A stretch of 62,940 nucleotides of DNA, the filler included, from Octopus bimaculoides (taxonomy: Eukaryota): assembly GCF_001194135.2 (NCBI RefSeq). It is 5 parts of 4 records of this genome, joined end to end, with 100 filler letters (N's around TTAATTAATTAA, not from the genome) between each part and the next. Parts side by side here need not be neighbours in the genome. Positions count along the whole stretch, not along the records: positions 9,149 to 25,126 come from NC_069001.1; positions 25,227 to 30,083 come from NC_068981.1; 3 more parts are not named here. One strand, given 5' to 3'. This document shows positions 13,145 through 25,880 of this stretch, one piece after another. The notes under the pieces were generated by a model. It was not told the origin of the DNA and searched no databases. It saw only the letters and a list, made by a program, of their open reading frames with translations. How positions within the stretch are numbered: position 1 is the stretch's first letter; each line of letters opens with the position of its first letter. A program made the position numbers and the translations under genes.

Positions 13145-15400
13145 TAACAAAGGACTAGCAGTAGAAAAAAGAACAGAGTAGAGACAGAGTTAGTCAAGAC
13201 GTTAGACGAGGCTTTTAGAAAAAGCATCGCGACCGACGGGCTCCCAACGAAATTGGCATTCTTCAACGCGAAACACGAAGGTTGTGTTGTCGGAGCTAAG
13301 GCATGGGCACTTAGACACGAAGGGACGAAAGCCGTTCAATGGGCCCGAGTGGCAGAGGCACAGTGTGGCCATAAAGCCACGATCCGATCGTTGCCGGACC
13401 ATGGAGGGCAAATGATAACTGATCTGAGACAGATGTGTGCAGACTTTCAGCGGCGCTTCGCTCAAACTATTCGGGAGCAGCGGTGAGCCGGGTCGCAAGA
13501 TGGATTTCACGTCCTACCACGACGGGCTCCTGCGGCTCTCGTCGACTGACGCGGAGCGCTACGAAAGGCCGATAACAGCCTCTGAAATAGGAAAGCAATG
13601 GCTAGCTGCACCTCAGGTAAATTGCCTGGTTTGGATGGTCTGCCCTACGAGCTTTACGTTTACATGCCAGACTTGTTCGGCGACCTCCTAGCAAACGTTT
13701 ACTGCAACTGACAACAGAATGGAAGAACTCCCAGTTTTGTGAGCCAAAGAGCGGTGGTGTTGCTGAGAAAAGACCCGAAAGAGGGGGAATGTTTTTACAA
13801 CTTTAGGCCCATAAATCTGCTAAATGCAGAAATCAAAATTTTGGCCAAGGTGTTAGCTACTTGTCGTTGACGATCTGGTAGTGGAGGCATAGACATGTGC
13901 CATCCCGAAAGGATCCATCCATGACAACCCCCACTTCATGCGATACATCATTGGGAAAATGGCTACAGAACCTGGTACGGGTGGGACCCTGATCAATTTA
14001 GATCAGTCTAAAGCTTTCGATAGGGTCGACCATCTATACCTGGCGGCGGTACTTAAGGCAGCTGGTTTCGGGACTGTATTCAGAGGCTGGATCGCTGCAA
14101 TGCACAGCAACATCTGTTTAGCGGTCAGAGTGAACGGTCAACTCTAAAAGCCGTTCTACAACATGTGCTCGGTCCACCAAGGTTGTCCCCTCTCGACTCT
14201 CATGTACGTACTGACTCTCGAGCCACTACTAAACAAACTGGACCTAGGATGTAGGATCTAGGATGCGTGTCGGTATATACCGACGTCACCGTAGTGGTGT
14301 CGGACCATAAACACATAAAAATGATCGGCACCGCTCTCAGGGACTACGAGGCGGTCTTAAGAGCAGCAAGTAACCAGGAAAAATCAGTGGGCTTGCGACT
14401 CGGCACCTGGAGAAGCAAGTCCATGCCGTCCAACTGCCGGTTAAATTGCTCGGGTCTGGTTCGGTCCGGACCTGCAGATGGACAAAAACTGGGACGAGGT
14501 AACGACCAGGGTGACTACTCTCACCCATAAATGGCCTGAGAAAAAGCTATCCCTGAAAGGTCGAGCAGAAGTGGCTAAAGCGTATATCACCAGACACGTA
14601 TTTCCGCAGCTAATTTCTTTAACAGAGCTGCAGTCCTGGGTAAAACAGAGACCGAGGGAGAGCATTTGGAAAATGGAATGTCTTCAAGTGCTCACAGCCC
14701 TCAGCCAATCGGACACTGCGATAGGTGGAACGTCCACTTTAGCTGTTATAGAGGATTAGTGGAGGAGAGACCTTGGACGTCGCAGAATATCAGCTAGTCG
14801 CTCTTTTACGGAGATCTTTTACGGAGATCTTTCAGGCCGGGAAAGATCTGGCAGTACTACCGGGGAACTTTGCCTGTTCGAGATAGACTTTACAGGCTCG
14901 GAAGTGCCGTCAGCCAAGCATGTCCGAGATGCACGCAGGACGACGTGACGGTCTTGCATGCACTCGTCCAGTGCCCGAGCATTGCTGACCTATAGGTTTA
15001 TATCGAATACCTGTTGTCGCGTGTCGGACGGATCCGGCTGTCAACTGAATCCATCGGGATTCTTTTAACCGGGAGGGAAAGGCTGTTTTTATATGCCTGG
15101 TGGCCACGGTGAAAGAGGTTGTATGGTGAACGAGATTAAAAGTTCTGAAGGCAAACACGTTTTTCTTTGGCCAATCCCTGATGAACTTCTTCAAGTTTCA
15201 CTTGAAAAGGAAAATAAGGGTAGAGAGGGAAGTGTTGTCTTCTTGCCAATTTACTGAAAAGTGTATGAAAGTGGCGAGAATGGTGCGAGTGAATGGGCCA
15301 GTCCCGTGCATATGCCTGTAGTTTGAAAAAAAGGTAAAAAGAGGCACCGCCCCAAAAGTCATGGAGTTTTTCCACGAGCATCCCTCGAACGTCTCCTCCC
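13145..15400 (+). mobile_element. Decayed Tx1/L1-clade LINE ORF2 (RT and C-terminal zinc knuckle)
   Basis: PGLDGLPYELY, NFRPINLLNAEIKILAKVL, LDQSKAFDRVDH, QGCPLS, LSLKGRAEV and CPRC...VLHALVQC, with many stops and frameshifts. Confidence 0.9.
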
Positions 15401-15409
15401 TATTGAGGA

Positions 15410-16310
15410 TAACACATTGCTGATTTTTAAACTGTTTTATAGTCTCTGCATTGGCTTCCTATGGCAGGTACATGCCTTCAGTCTTACACCAATCCTCTAC
15501 CAGAGTCTCTTCGCGCCACAGCTATAGGAACAGTCCAAAGAGCTTCTTTCGTAGACGAGTGCAATATTTATATACCTTATACAAGATGCTATCACCTCCT
15601 GGGGCACTCTTTGCTCTAGCTTTTTTCACAAAATCATTCACCTCTTTATCCCTGATGTCTCCAATTTGAAATTCGGCATCAGGTTTTAAGAGATGCTTTT
15701 GCCCATTTATAAGTAGCGGTGGCTGGTTACGATTTGAATCGTTGTAGGTTTCTTTGATATGAACATCCAATTTTTCTTTTGTGCACGATAAAGTGCCACT
15801 CTGGTTCAGTGAACAGCTTCTTAGTAAACCCGTACAGGTTCTTCAGAAACTGTTCGTGAGTCCTTTTGCTTTCTTTTCTTCGCTCATATCGGCGGATATT
15901 TCGTTGCACATAACGGCATTTTCTTTTTAAATCTTCGTACAGCTGCGCGAGGCCAGGTTTTTCGTCTTCTTCCCCACATTTCCATCGCTTTCTTAGACTG
16001 TTCTTTTCCCTCCTCGACTGCTTCATTTTCCTGATCCTCCTGCTTGGTCCACACTTTCCTTTCGCTTATCGGATCCCATGCTTTATTCGAAATTATTCCA
16101 CTCCTGTATCGTATATTGAGCTTGCTAACTTCCCCAATTTCCCCACTGTAGACTCTGTCATGTTATAAAGAGCTTTATATACCTTGTTTGCAAACTCTTT
16201 ATATCTTTCTTTCTCAGTCGCAGCAGGCCACATAATCCTCAGTTTCTTGCGAGTACTATCAGATGCATCAGTCTCATATGTATATATATCATAATGAAAG
16301 TTGTGTACGA
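15410..16310 (-). mobile_element. R2-superfamily (HERO-like) retrotransposon fragment, pre-RT region and RT start
   Basis: WPAATEKE...KLGKLASSIYDTG, LRKRWK...GLAQLYEDLK, QFLKNLYGFTKKLF, VKKARAKSAPGGDSILYKVYK. Clade assignment is from recalled similarity. Confidence 0.7.
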
Positions 16311-16689
16311 CAATAAACGAAAACGGCAATAAAGACAGCCGCGTTTATAGTCAAAGTCATTATCATTTCAGCATAGAAAATACGCAATTACTAACCTGGA
16401 GAGCGCCAAGACAGAAGACAAAACAAAGCGAAGTGAAGGCTCTCAAGTAAAAATGCAGAAGATGGAGATGTAAGACCAGGACGAAAGATACAGAGAAACA
16501 TATACAGAGCAGTAATTCTAAAGAAATCTTGCCACTTGAAACAGAAACACTCTTATAGACACACACACACATACATGCACACGCACCAGTAGCTCGCTTA
16601 ACGTTTCCTTTGTAAATGAAACTTTGCTCTACCGGAGTTTAATACTGCAGCAACTTAACCAAAATCATAAAGAAAAAATTACTGTCATT

Positions 16690-16790
16690 GTTTAGCCGTA
16701 TCCGGAAATTCGTGCCGAAGTTTGCGTGCACGCCAAAAAGAAAAGAAATCGAAAGCAGCCAATCACAACGAGGAGTTTTTGGAGTCTTTA
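16690..16790. promoter_or_regulatory. Candidate CpG-retaining promoter
   Basis: ETS-like CCGGAAA at 16702 and NF-Y-like GCAGCCAATCAC (CCAAT at 16759) in non-repeat sequence. Confidence 0.3.
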
Positions 16791-17697
16791 GCCGAGTTAG
16801 ATTGCACAACATGTGTAGAAATGTTGTAATTTCTGAAAACAGATAAATTTTATATTCATTAATTCTCTAATCTTGTTATCTCATCTTGACATGTAAACGT
16901 AAAGCCATATTAGAAATGAAACTATAAAGATTAGACGAAGAGTAGAAGGAGAAAAAAGAAGAAAGCATTGTAGCGAAATCATTAGGACTTGCACTGTTAA
17001 GTTTAGAATTTTACTTAGCAACTTATATGTCAAATTGACATATAGGTTGACATGCAAAATTCATGAGGTCACCACACTTCTAAACTAACTTGAATACGCA
17101 GTAAAATCATGGAAAATATGAAGAAAATATTAAGTGTTTAGATAAATGATACGCCAGCTTCAATCACCAGTTTCAAATAATCATCAAATAAAAGGTTTTT
17201 ATATTATTCAAGGAAGAAATTGAGGAAATTGTGTTGGTTGCTTCTCGAAGATGATTTGAAATGTTTAAAAAAAGTACTAGTCTTTTTAGTATTCAAATAA
17301 CAGGTACATCAATATGTATTGTTACCAGGCTGGATCAGAATTTTCAACAGAATTTAAGAGCATTATAGAAAGAGATATATATCCACCAAATCTAGTGGAG
17401 ACGAACGCATGCATGGGGGGAAGCATTGACCATTAAAATGTGCATTTCAGATAAGGAGGGTGGAAAGGCATGAAGGTATAACACAGCAAGAATCGTTTCA
17501 TATTGTTGTAAAGGGCAAATATCGCTGGACACAAAATTAAAGTTTGTTTATCAATCAGATATTCCGGCAACGATGAGATCGATCCGAATTTTGAATGAAG
17601 TAAGAAAGTTTAAAGATTTATTAACGTGCCACTGAATTCTTATATATGAAGGTGAGTCAACCTTTAATAAAAATAGCTCTCAACTATATACAGAATA

Positions 17698-17861
17698 GGC
17701 GCAGGCATGGCTTTGTAGTAAGAAGGTTGCTTCCCAATCACATAGCTCCGGGTTCAGTTCCATTGCGTGGCATCTTGGGCAAGTGTCTTCTGCTATAACC
17801 TCGGACTAGTGGATTTGGTAGACGGAAACTGAAAGAAGCCTGTCATATATGCATGTATGTA

Positions 17862-17897
<36 letters not shown>

Positions 17898-17967
17898 NNN
17901 NNNNNNNNNNNNNNNNNNNNNNNNNNNNNNNNNNNNNNNNNNNNNNNNNNNNNNNNNNNNNNNNNNN

Positions 17968-18022
<55 letters not shown>

Positions 18023-18255
18023 ATATATACATATATGTATTGTATATAGCTATGCGTGTCTGTCTTTGTCCCCCCACCTCAGCTTGACAACCGGTGTTGG
18101 TATGTTTACATTCCCATAACTTAGCGGTTTGGCAAAAAGAAGGCCGATAGAATAAATACAAGACTTTAAAAAAGTATTGGGGTCGACTAAAATTCCTCAA
18201 GGTGGTACCCCAGCATGGCCGCAGACTCTCAACTGAAACGTGTAAAAGATAAAAC
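17698..18255 (+). mobile_element. SINE family B, near full length, with internal (TA)n/(TG)n and a gap
   Basis: tRNA-like head with an A box (tggctttgtag) and B box (ggttcagttcc), a central cttgggcaagtgtctt core, and the conserved 3' half. Confidence 0.9.
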
Positions 18256-18409
18256 AAAATATATTTATGGTTTTTTAGATTTTATTTGTTCTTTAAATAT
18301 ATTTTTTTGACAAAATTACGTATAGTTTTGTTCAAAAGAATTTTTTCTGTTTTGGAGTAAGCAAGGTCTACAATATTTTAAATAAATCTGTTTTCTTTTC
18401 AATAATTAT

Positions 18410-18625
18410 AAGAAGGTGGGGAACTGACGGAATTGTTACCGCGCCGGAAAAATGCTTACCGGTATTTCTTCTGACTTTATGTTCTGAGTTCAAATACTAG
18501 CGGAGTCGACTTTGCCTTTCATCTTTTCGAGGTCGATAAAAATAAGTGCCAGTTGAACACTGGGGTCATTGTAATCGACTTAACTTCTCTCTGAAATTGC
18601 TGGCCTTGTGCCAAAATTTGAAACT
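18410..18625 (+). mobile_element. SINE family A
   Basis: gagttcaaat...gtcgactttgcctttcatc...gtcgataaaaataagtgccag...ggccttgtgccaaaatttgaa. Confidence 0.88.
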
Positions 18626-19079
18626 AATGATTAAAAGAACTTCATAAAATCTATCGTTATACCTTTCTCTGATAACGAAGTTCCGGTGGAAATAAAACAT
18701 TGGAAAATATTATTTCCTTCATCGAGGGGTTTGGTGCTTTGTAACTTACCAAAAGCAGGTTCGTCCCTTTGCCTAATGTATATTACATTACTCTCATTCT
18801 CCCCCTCTCTAGTTCTCTCTCTCTCTTTCACCTCTCTCTTTCGCAAGAAATAAATTTTGATGTATTCAGACGCTGCTCCTGTATCGCCTTTGGATGTTTA
18901 AAGTTAGGAAAAGAATTACTTTCGGTAGAAATTTTTTTTTCAAAAGTCATACACATTGTGTGTGTCTATATATGTGTATGTATTAACGAAGTTAACATTT
19001 TCGTTAACAATTTAACATTATTGAACTAATTAACTTCCGTTACATTTAGCTTCTGTTAACTCAACTCCATTAATCTCAA

Positions 19080-19670
19080 ACTCGTCTACTGCAGCCCCTT
19101 GGTCGACGCAGTTTTGGCAGGCATCGACAAAAGATTTGCGGCCCTCCTGGACGATGAGGAATGCTAACTGGCTGTTGTCTTCTCCCCCCTACCTACCAAA
19201 CAGGTTTCGCCTCATTTGGTTGGATAGGTAGGATAGCACCAAGTTCACCAAGGTGAGGAGAAGCATGGAGGACAAGGTTGAGGAGGCCATGAGGCAGCAG
19301 TCTGAGGAAGTGAGCAGCAACAGTGGAGGCAGCAACAACGAAGAGGTGGAGGATGACTTCTTCAGTGGAGTCACTCAACAAAAAGAGAGTGGAAGCCACA
19401 GGTCACTGAAGGACAAGGCTCAGAATTTAGTAAAGACCGGGTTGGAGACCAACTCCAAAGATTTACTGACAGATGCTGCCTTCTTGAGTGAGCAACTGTT
19501 GGTGAACTTGCTCATCAAGTTCAACACAGCCATCCCTTTAAGTACTGCAACTGAACGTTTATTTTCCGTGGGCAAGGACATCTTGAGTGCCAAGAGATTG
19601 TCCTTGCCTCACAATGTCCTTGCCTGATGAAAATTTTAGTATGTTAATTTTCATGGAGGGTAACATGAAT
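19080..19670 (+). pseudogene. hAT transposase C-terminal dimerisation-domain remnant
   Basis: LLIKFNTAIPLSTATERLFSVGKDILSAKR followed, after a frameshift, by DENFSMLIFMEGN. Confidence 0.85.
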
Positions 19671-19823
19671 CTCATCAACAAAACAGAAGAAAAATTAAAT
19701 TATGTGTATATCGTTTTTCTCATTTTTTATTTTTATTTTTTTATGGTCACTTTATCAATAAACTTTTTTTAGAAATAATACATTTCTAAATCTCTCAAAG
19801 AGATTTATGCAGTAGTGATACGA

Positions 19824-19987
19824 TGAAGTAGTTGTATGCTGTCAACTTAATGTGACAGTCCCATGAAGGGAATAATACCACTGTTGGTTAGACTTAGGAA
19901 GCGGTGAAGCTTCCTAGGTCTAACCAACAGTAGTATTATTCCCTTGAGGGGACTATCAGATTAAGTTGACAGCATACAACTACTTCA
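19824..19987. repeat. Fold-back palindrome, 79-bp arms, 6-nt loop (GGTGAA)
   Basis: Arms 19824-19902 and 19909-19987, with 6 substitutions by hand alignment. Confidence 0.93.
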
Positions 19988-20402
19988 AACTTTTTTTAGT
20001 TTAATACTAATATTGTGTTCCATTTGAGTTTTTCTGGCTCTAAAAGCCTTTAAAAACCTAAAAAAAAAAGGGTGGGGAACTATGAAATCAACCTTTTTTA
20101 GGCCCTTTGAAATTTAAAACTATAAAATCAGCATTTTTTAACTCTAAGCAAAAGAAAATCTAAAGCCCTCAAAAAGGCCAAAAAAGCTAATTTTATAGTT
20201 TTGGCACTTTTTAACCCTTTAGTGTTTCAACCGGCCAAAGTCCGTTGTATCGAATTCCTTTACGAAATCTTTTTAAAAAATAAACAAATCACGTTAGTGA
20301 ATTCTTGTAGCTTTCAGATAATGTGAGAGCTTTTCTTCCAGAAAGCACAGAACTGTGAGAAAAGCAAAATTAACTGAAGTGGATGTCAGCAGNNNNNNNN
20401 NN

Positions 20403-20434
<32 letters not shown>

Positions 20435-23309
20435 TGCATATATGTATGTATATGTATATAGGCATGTATATAGTATGTATGTGTTTATAGATATGTATAT
20501 AAGTATGTATATGTGTATTCGTATGTATATATACGTATGTGTATATACGTATGTGCATAAGTATATATGTGTATACACGTATGTAAATATGTATGTATGT
20601 ATCTTTATATGCATAGGTATATATGTATGCATGTATGTGTATATATGTATGTATGTGTACACACGTATGTATGCATGTATGTATATGTACATGCGTATGT
20701 ATTTATGTATAAATGCGTATATACGTATGTATATAAATATATATATACATATATATATGTTTGTATAGAAAATATAAATGGAAGGAAAAATGTTGGTAAA
20801 TATTTCGGTGTGAACGCAAATAGCTGTTACGTGTAGCAGGGCATGCTAAAAATAGCAGCCAAATCCCTCCTTGTTTGGAAAAAAGGAGCTGTTTACGCGT
20901 GATTTCGATGTCACATTCGTTGGAAAAATGCAAAATAAACAGGAAGAGAAAAAAGACCCGCGAACAAAACTCTCTTGATGAGAAACCTCGAGATCCCCAA
21001 CACGTCTCCCAACTTTCTTTTCTGGAAAAAAAAAGTACCTTGCTGCGGGTTTGAAGGTCAGATACATTGAACGCACCTGAAAAAGATTGTGGAAAAAATT
21101 ATTCCACATCGAGGTACGAAATATTTACCGAAAGAATAAAATCTTGTACNNNNNNNNNNNNNNNNNNNNNNNNNNNNNNNNNNNNNNNNNNNNNNNNNNN
21201 NNNNNNNNNNNNNNNNNNNNNNNNNNNNNNNNNNNNNNNNNNNNNNNNNNNNNNNNNNNNNNNNNNNNNNNNNNNNNNNNNNNNNNNNNNNNNNNNNNNN
21301 NNNNNNNNNNNNNNNNNNNNNNNNNNNNNNNNNNNNNNNNNNNNNNNNNNNNNNNNNNNNNNNNNNNNNNNNNNNNNNNNNNNNNNNNNNNNNNNNNNNN
21401 NNNNNNNNNNNNNNNNNNNNNNNNNNNNNNNNNNNNNNNNNNNNNNNNNNNNNNNNNNNNNNNNNNNNNNNNNNNNNNNNNNNNNNNNNNNNNNNNNNNN
21501 NNNNNNNNNNNNNNNNNNNNNNNNNNNNNNNNNNNNNNNNNNNNNNNNNNNNNNNNNNNNNNNNNNNNNNNNNNNNNNNNNNNNNNNNNNNNNNNNNNNN
21601 NNNNNNNNNNNNNNNNNNNNNNNNNNNNNNNNNNNNNNNNNNNNNNNNNNNNNNNNNNNNNNNNNNNNNNNNNNNNNNNNNNNNNNNNNNNNNNNNNNNN
21701 NNNNNNNNNNNNNNNNNNNNNNNNNNNNNNNNNNNNNNNNNNNNNNNNNNNNNNNNNNNNNNNNNNNNNNNNNNNNNNNNNNNNNNNNNNNNNNNNNNNN
21801 NNNNNNNNNNNNNNNNNNNNNNNNNNNNNNNNNNNNNNNNNNNNNNNNNNNNNNNNNNNNNNNNNNNNNNNNNNNNNNNNNNNNNNNNNNNNNNNNNNNN
21901 NNNNNNNNNNNNNNNNNNNNNNNNNNNNNNNNNNNNNNNNNNNNNNNNNNNNNNNNNNNNNNNNNNNNNNNNNNNNNNNNNNNNNNNNNNNNNNNNNNNN
22001 NNNNNNNNNNNNNNNNNNNNNNNNNNNNNNNNNNNNNNNNNNNNNNNNNNNNNNNNNNNNNNNNNNNNNNNNNNNNNNNNNNNNNNNNNNNNNNNNNNNN
22101 NNNNNNNNNNNNTGGTGAAAAACATTGGAAAAATCTCAAAACAGAAATTCCAACTTATGTGGGCCGTCTGATCCAAAACTCTGTTTTCCAGAAACTCCTG
22201 CCACCGCCCCTTCCAAAATTTCTGCCTACAAATTTCTTTGTAATAGTAATCTAAACCGTTTGAAAGGTATCTGTATAAAATTTCATTAAAAGTACCTCTT
22301 TTCCAGAAAGTTATAAGGGGGAAAATGTCGGGTCCTAGGAATTTTGCGAAACTCCTCTTCCCAACTCCTCGGAAAATTTTTTCGGACAAATCTTTACATA
22401 CACTCAACCTACAGAATATAAGTGATTATTTGGTGAAAGTTTCATTAAAAAGTATCCATCTTTCTGGAATTTATGAGGCAACAAAATTGATAAGGTATCA
22501 AACTGTAGTTATGCCCTTTTCGATAAAAGTTAACGTTACATTTTCAAATAATTAACGGATTAACGATTAACGAAGCTAACTTTTTGGTTAACGGATTAAT
22601 GTTTAACGAAGTTAACTTTTCGATTAACGGTGCCCAGCTCTTACTCTAACCTACCAAGTGATAGGTTAGCATGTCTGTGCACTGGGTATTCCGTTATCAG
22701 AGACAAGGTATGAATATTTTATACAGCGAAAATTTACACTTTACAAGGAATAAAATTCACAGTTTATAAGGAATAAAATAGGAGAATATAGGCAGGAGAA
22801 TAATGTTCACAACTTATCTTTTTCCAAAGGATATGGATGTTGGTCGGTACTTCCATGAAGTTATAGCTTTTTAGTTAAAATTGCAGATAAATCCAGGCAA
22901 CATTTAGGCAGTGTTCTGAATGGTGCATTCATATTGTAAATGTGTATATAGATCGAGAAAGTATGATGGACATAAATGAGTTTTGTGAGTGAGTGTATGA
23001 GAGAGAGGGGGGGAGAAAGGATTAGAAAAAACATAGTGGTAAAATGAGAAAATAAGAATAAAATAAAAATAAGAATAATAAAAACTTAATCAAAAATAAT
23101 CACAATGAAAATAAAATAAAAGAAGAGGTAATGACGGATATAACCTAAATGGGTTTGTAAGTGTTTACGGGAGAGGAGAAAGGAAATAAAAATAAAATAA
23201 GATGGAGGTAACAGGGTAAAGAATAATAAGATAAAAATATATAAATGATAGTAAAGGTAACCTCTAACAAATACTATAGATTATACTTACCTTATTTTGC
23301 CTAACAAAG

Positions 23310-23790
23310 GCGGGGGTAGATCGATCCTCTGATTTATACCCCCATTCGACAGTAGATTTATGGTGGCTAGAGTCTATGTTAATGTATCTGAGACATTTAT
23401 CAGGTTTATGGTAGGGGGAGTATAGCAAAGATTCTAAATCTAAAGTAACATCTAGATAGTTAGCTTTTTTTGTGTTTTCAAAAGAGATAAGTTAAAATTA
23501 GCAAAGGATTTATGTAAGTTTTTTTTAGTTTTCTCTAATTCGGATTTATTTTGGCCCGTAGTAACCAACAATGCACCGTCCCTATACAATCCCCCTCCCC
23601 TTGACATTAGGGAAACACATGCGGTGTTGCTGGACCTGAGCGGAGTCGGAGGAGCCCATGGTTATATCGAAAAAGTTGTTATTATTGTGGGTAGCTCGGC
23701 ACTAAAGCTTATCATCGTCTATTTCTAAGGGGGTCAAGTTAGTTAGGTTTTTAGCTAGAATGAGAGCTTTGTTTATGAGGATGGCATGGC
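23310..23790 (-). mobile_element. Second, different Penelope-like RT remnant
   Basis: FFDITMGSSDSAQV, GLYRDGAL (from GLYRDDGL), NYLDVTLDL, YSPYHKP, with frameshifts. Confidence 0.75.
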
Positions 23791-24646
23791 TTCAGTCCAA
23801 AAATTAAAACAACTAACTTTTCATTTTTCAGTTCAAAAGTAATTTTGAAATTTTGAAAAGAACTTCTCACACAATCGTAACGTCTGTTTTGAATACCTTT
23901 GAAGATATGAGAGTAAGAAATGAAAAAGTTACGGAGTACGAATTAAATAAACTGAAATGCTGAAAATAAACAAATGCACAAATGTTATTTCCTATGTTTA
24001 AAACAAAAAAAAAATAAATAAAATAAACTTTAAAAAATAAAAGTTTCGACGAATTAAGTGGTACACTTATTTCGAAACATCTATTCTTTTTTATGTGGTT
24101 CAGTTTATTGCGCATATTTACATTGTTATGACTATCAGGTATTTTTTACTCCATGATTATTAAGGGCATTTGTTACTTTTTAGGCTTTTTTCACTGAAAC
24201 AGTTTGTTTTGAGATTTAATAGCTTCTCCCCGACCCCTTTTCTCATTTTGATTTTATCTTCTGAATTTTAGTGTTATTCTGCTTCAAAACATTAATAACG
24301 AAACAAAACTGAACTTTCATCAGTTGAAGCTGAGGAGCAAATACATAAACAAGAAACAAAAGACAAAAACCTACCGCAACAGGCAAAGAATAAATTAAGA
24401 AAGAGGCGTAAGCGAGATGTTATTTTACGAATAAAGTTACGTTGGACAATGTTACAAAGGTCGGAAAGTTCTAGGGAAGTGCTGTCAGCTGAGTCGCTTC
24501 TAGATGTATTCAGAGCAACAAAGCGGCTCCTCACACATTCGTAAGCTACCTGAGTACTGCTGACTCGGATAATTATACAAAACAGTTGATGTCACGTGTA
24601 AGATGTATTCAAACGCTTCAACTCGGTCTCAATATTAACGTACCTA

Positions 24647-24852
24647 AAAGCGGCGAGCTGGCAGAATTATTAGCACGCCAGGCAAAATGCTTAGCGGTAT
24701 TTCGTCTGTCTTTACGTACTGAGTTCTGCAAAGGTCGACTTTGATATTCATCCTTCCGGAATCGATAAAATAAGTACCAGTTGAGCACTGAGGGTCGACG
24801 TAATCAACTTCCCGCTCCCACGAACATGCTGGCCTTGGTCCAAATTTGAAAT
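24647..24852 (+). mobile_element. SINE family A, CpG-rich copy
   Basis: Head gcggcgagctggcagaa...; core gtcgactttgatattcatcc...gataaaataagtaccag. Confidence 0.9.
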
Positions 24853-24938
24853 CAATACTAACGCACCTAGTATTGCATGTATTACATGTATTCATGTAAG
24901 CTTCAGTTTTAATGACGGTATTGTGTAAATCGAGTAGT

Positions 24939-25126
24939 GGAGGCGCAATGGCCCAGTGGTTAGGGCAGCGGACTCGCGGTTTCGATTCCCAGACCGGGCG
25001 TTGTGAGTGTTTATTGAGCGAAAACACCTAAAGCTCCACGAGGCTCCGGCAGGGGATGGTGGCGAACCCTGCTGTACTCTTCCACCACAACTTTCTCTCA
25101 CTCTTACTTCCTGTTTCTGTTGTGCC
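24939..25126 (+). mobile_element. tRNA-derived SINE (separate family), truncated by a gap
   Basis: A box tggcccagtggttag and B box ggtttcgattccc; not a complete cloverleaf. Confidence 0.75.
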
Positions 25127-25170
25127 NNNNNNNNNNNNNNNNNNNNNNNNNNNNNNNNNNNNNNNNNNNN

Positions 25171-25182
25171 TTAATTAATTAA
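25171..25182. other. Artificial gap linker TTAATTAATTAA
   Basis: Centred in an N block. Confidence 0.9.
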
Positions 25183-25720
25183 NNNNNNNNNNNNNNNNNN
25201 NNNNNNNNNNNNNNNNNNNNNNNNNNATATAAATGTATATCTAGCTATCCCTTCATCAATCTGTGTATTATACTTCAAACAGATATAGCGTTGAGAGCCT
25301 CATTAACTACGATAACGATGTACCTGCTTTAAGTATGAGATATAGATTGCAATTTAAAGTAATAATGCTTGTGCCGCTCATTATATGCGCGTGTATACAT
25401 ACATACATACATACATACACCCCCCATATATATATAATTCGCTGCATGTTAAGGAAATTGCGAAACTAACTGGGCATTAAGGGTAGCATTTATAGAGGTA
25501 GAATTGGTAATTAACTGCAGCAAAACATTGCTTAATTTGATAGAAAGATATGCTAGGCACATTGCAGTATAATCGTTAATGTGAACATCTGGAATGCGAT
25601 TAAAATTTTGTTCTATCTTTTGATGGCTTCTTTTTGCTGCAAACAGGTGATGCTTAATATATTTTAGAACCCAAATATTTAAATCTTCTTTGTTTTTTAA
25701 AATTAGATGTATGTATACAG

Positions 25721-25880
25721 TCATGGCTGTGTAGTTAAGAAGCTTGCTTTGCATCCGCATGGTGTCGGGTTCTGTACCACTGTGCGGCAGCTGGAGCGAG
25801 TGACTTCAATTATGGGCCTGGACCGACCAATGCTTTGCGAATGAATTTGGTTGGTAGACGGAGACAGTGTAGAGGTTTGT
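25721..25880 (+). mobile_element. SINE family B, 5' portion
   Basis: tcatggctgtgtagttaagaagcttgc...ggttggtagacggagac matches the 17698 head. Confidence 0.75.

Larger units (their letters stand above)
18975..22641 (+). mobile_element. Interrupted hAT DNA transposon remnant
   Basis: TTAACG(AAG) subterminal repeat arrays at about 18975-19075 and 22525-22630, a right terminus ggtgcccagctct, and a transposase remnant inside. The span includes later insertions and a gap. Confidence 0.55.

Noticed and set aside
12505-16310. Idea that the two minus-strand REL-type fragments are one element split by Tx1
   Set aside because: The endonuclease is Dong/R4-like while the RT-proximal part is HERO-like, and the Dong piece has its own (TAA)n 5' flank.
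24298-24546. Plus-strand open frame of about 83 codons with KRRKR, ending near TC|GTAAGC
   Set aside because: No start or usable in-frame acceptor, no resemblance to the SLC35B1 N-terminus, and no recognisable domain.
24939-25030. Possible tRNA gene
   Set aside because: It has A and B boxes but no anticodon arm, and it runs into a SINE body.
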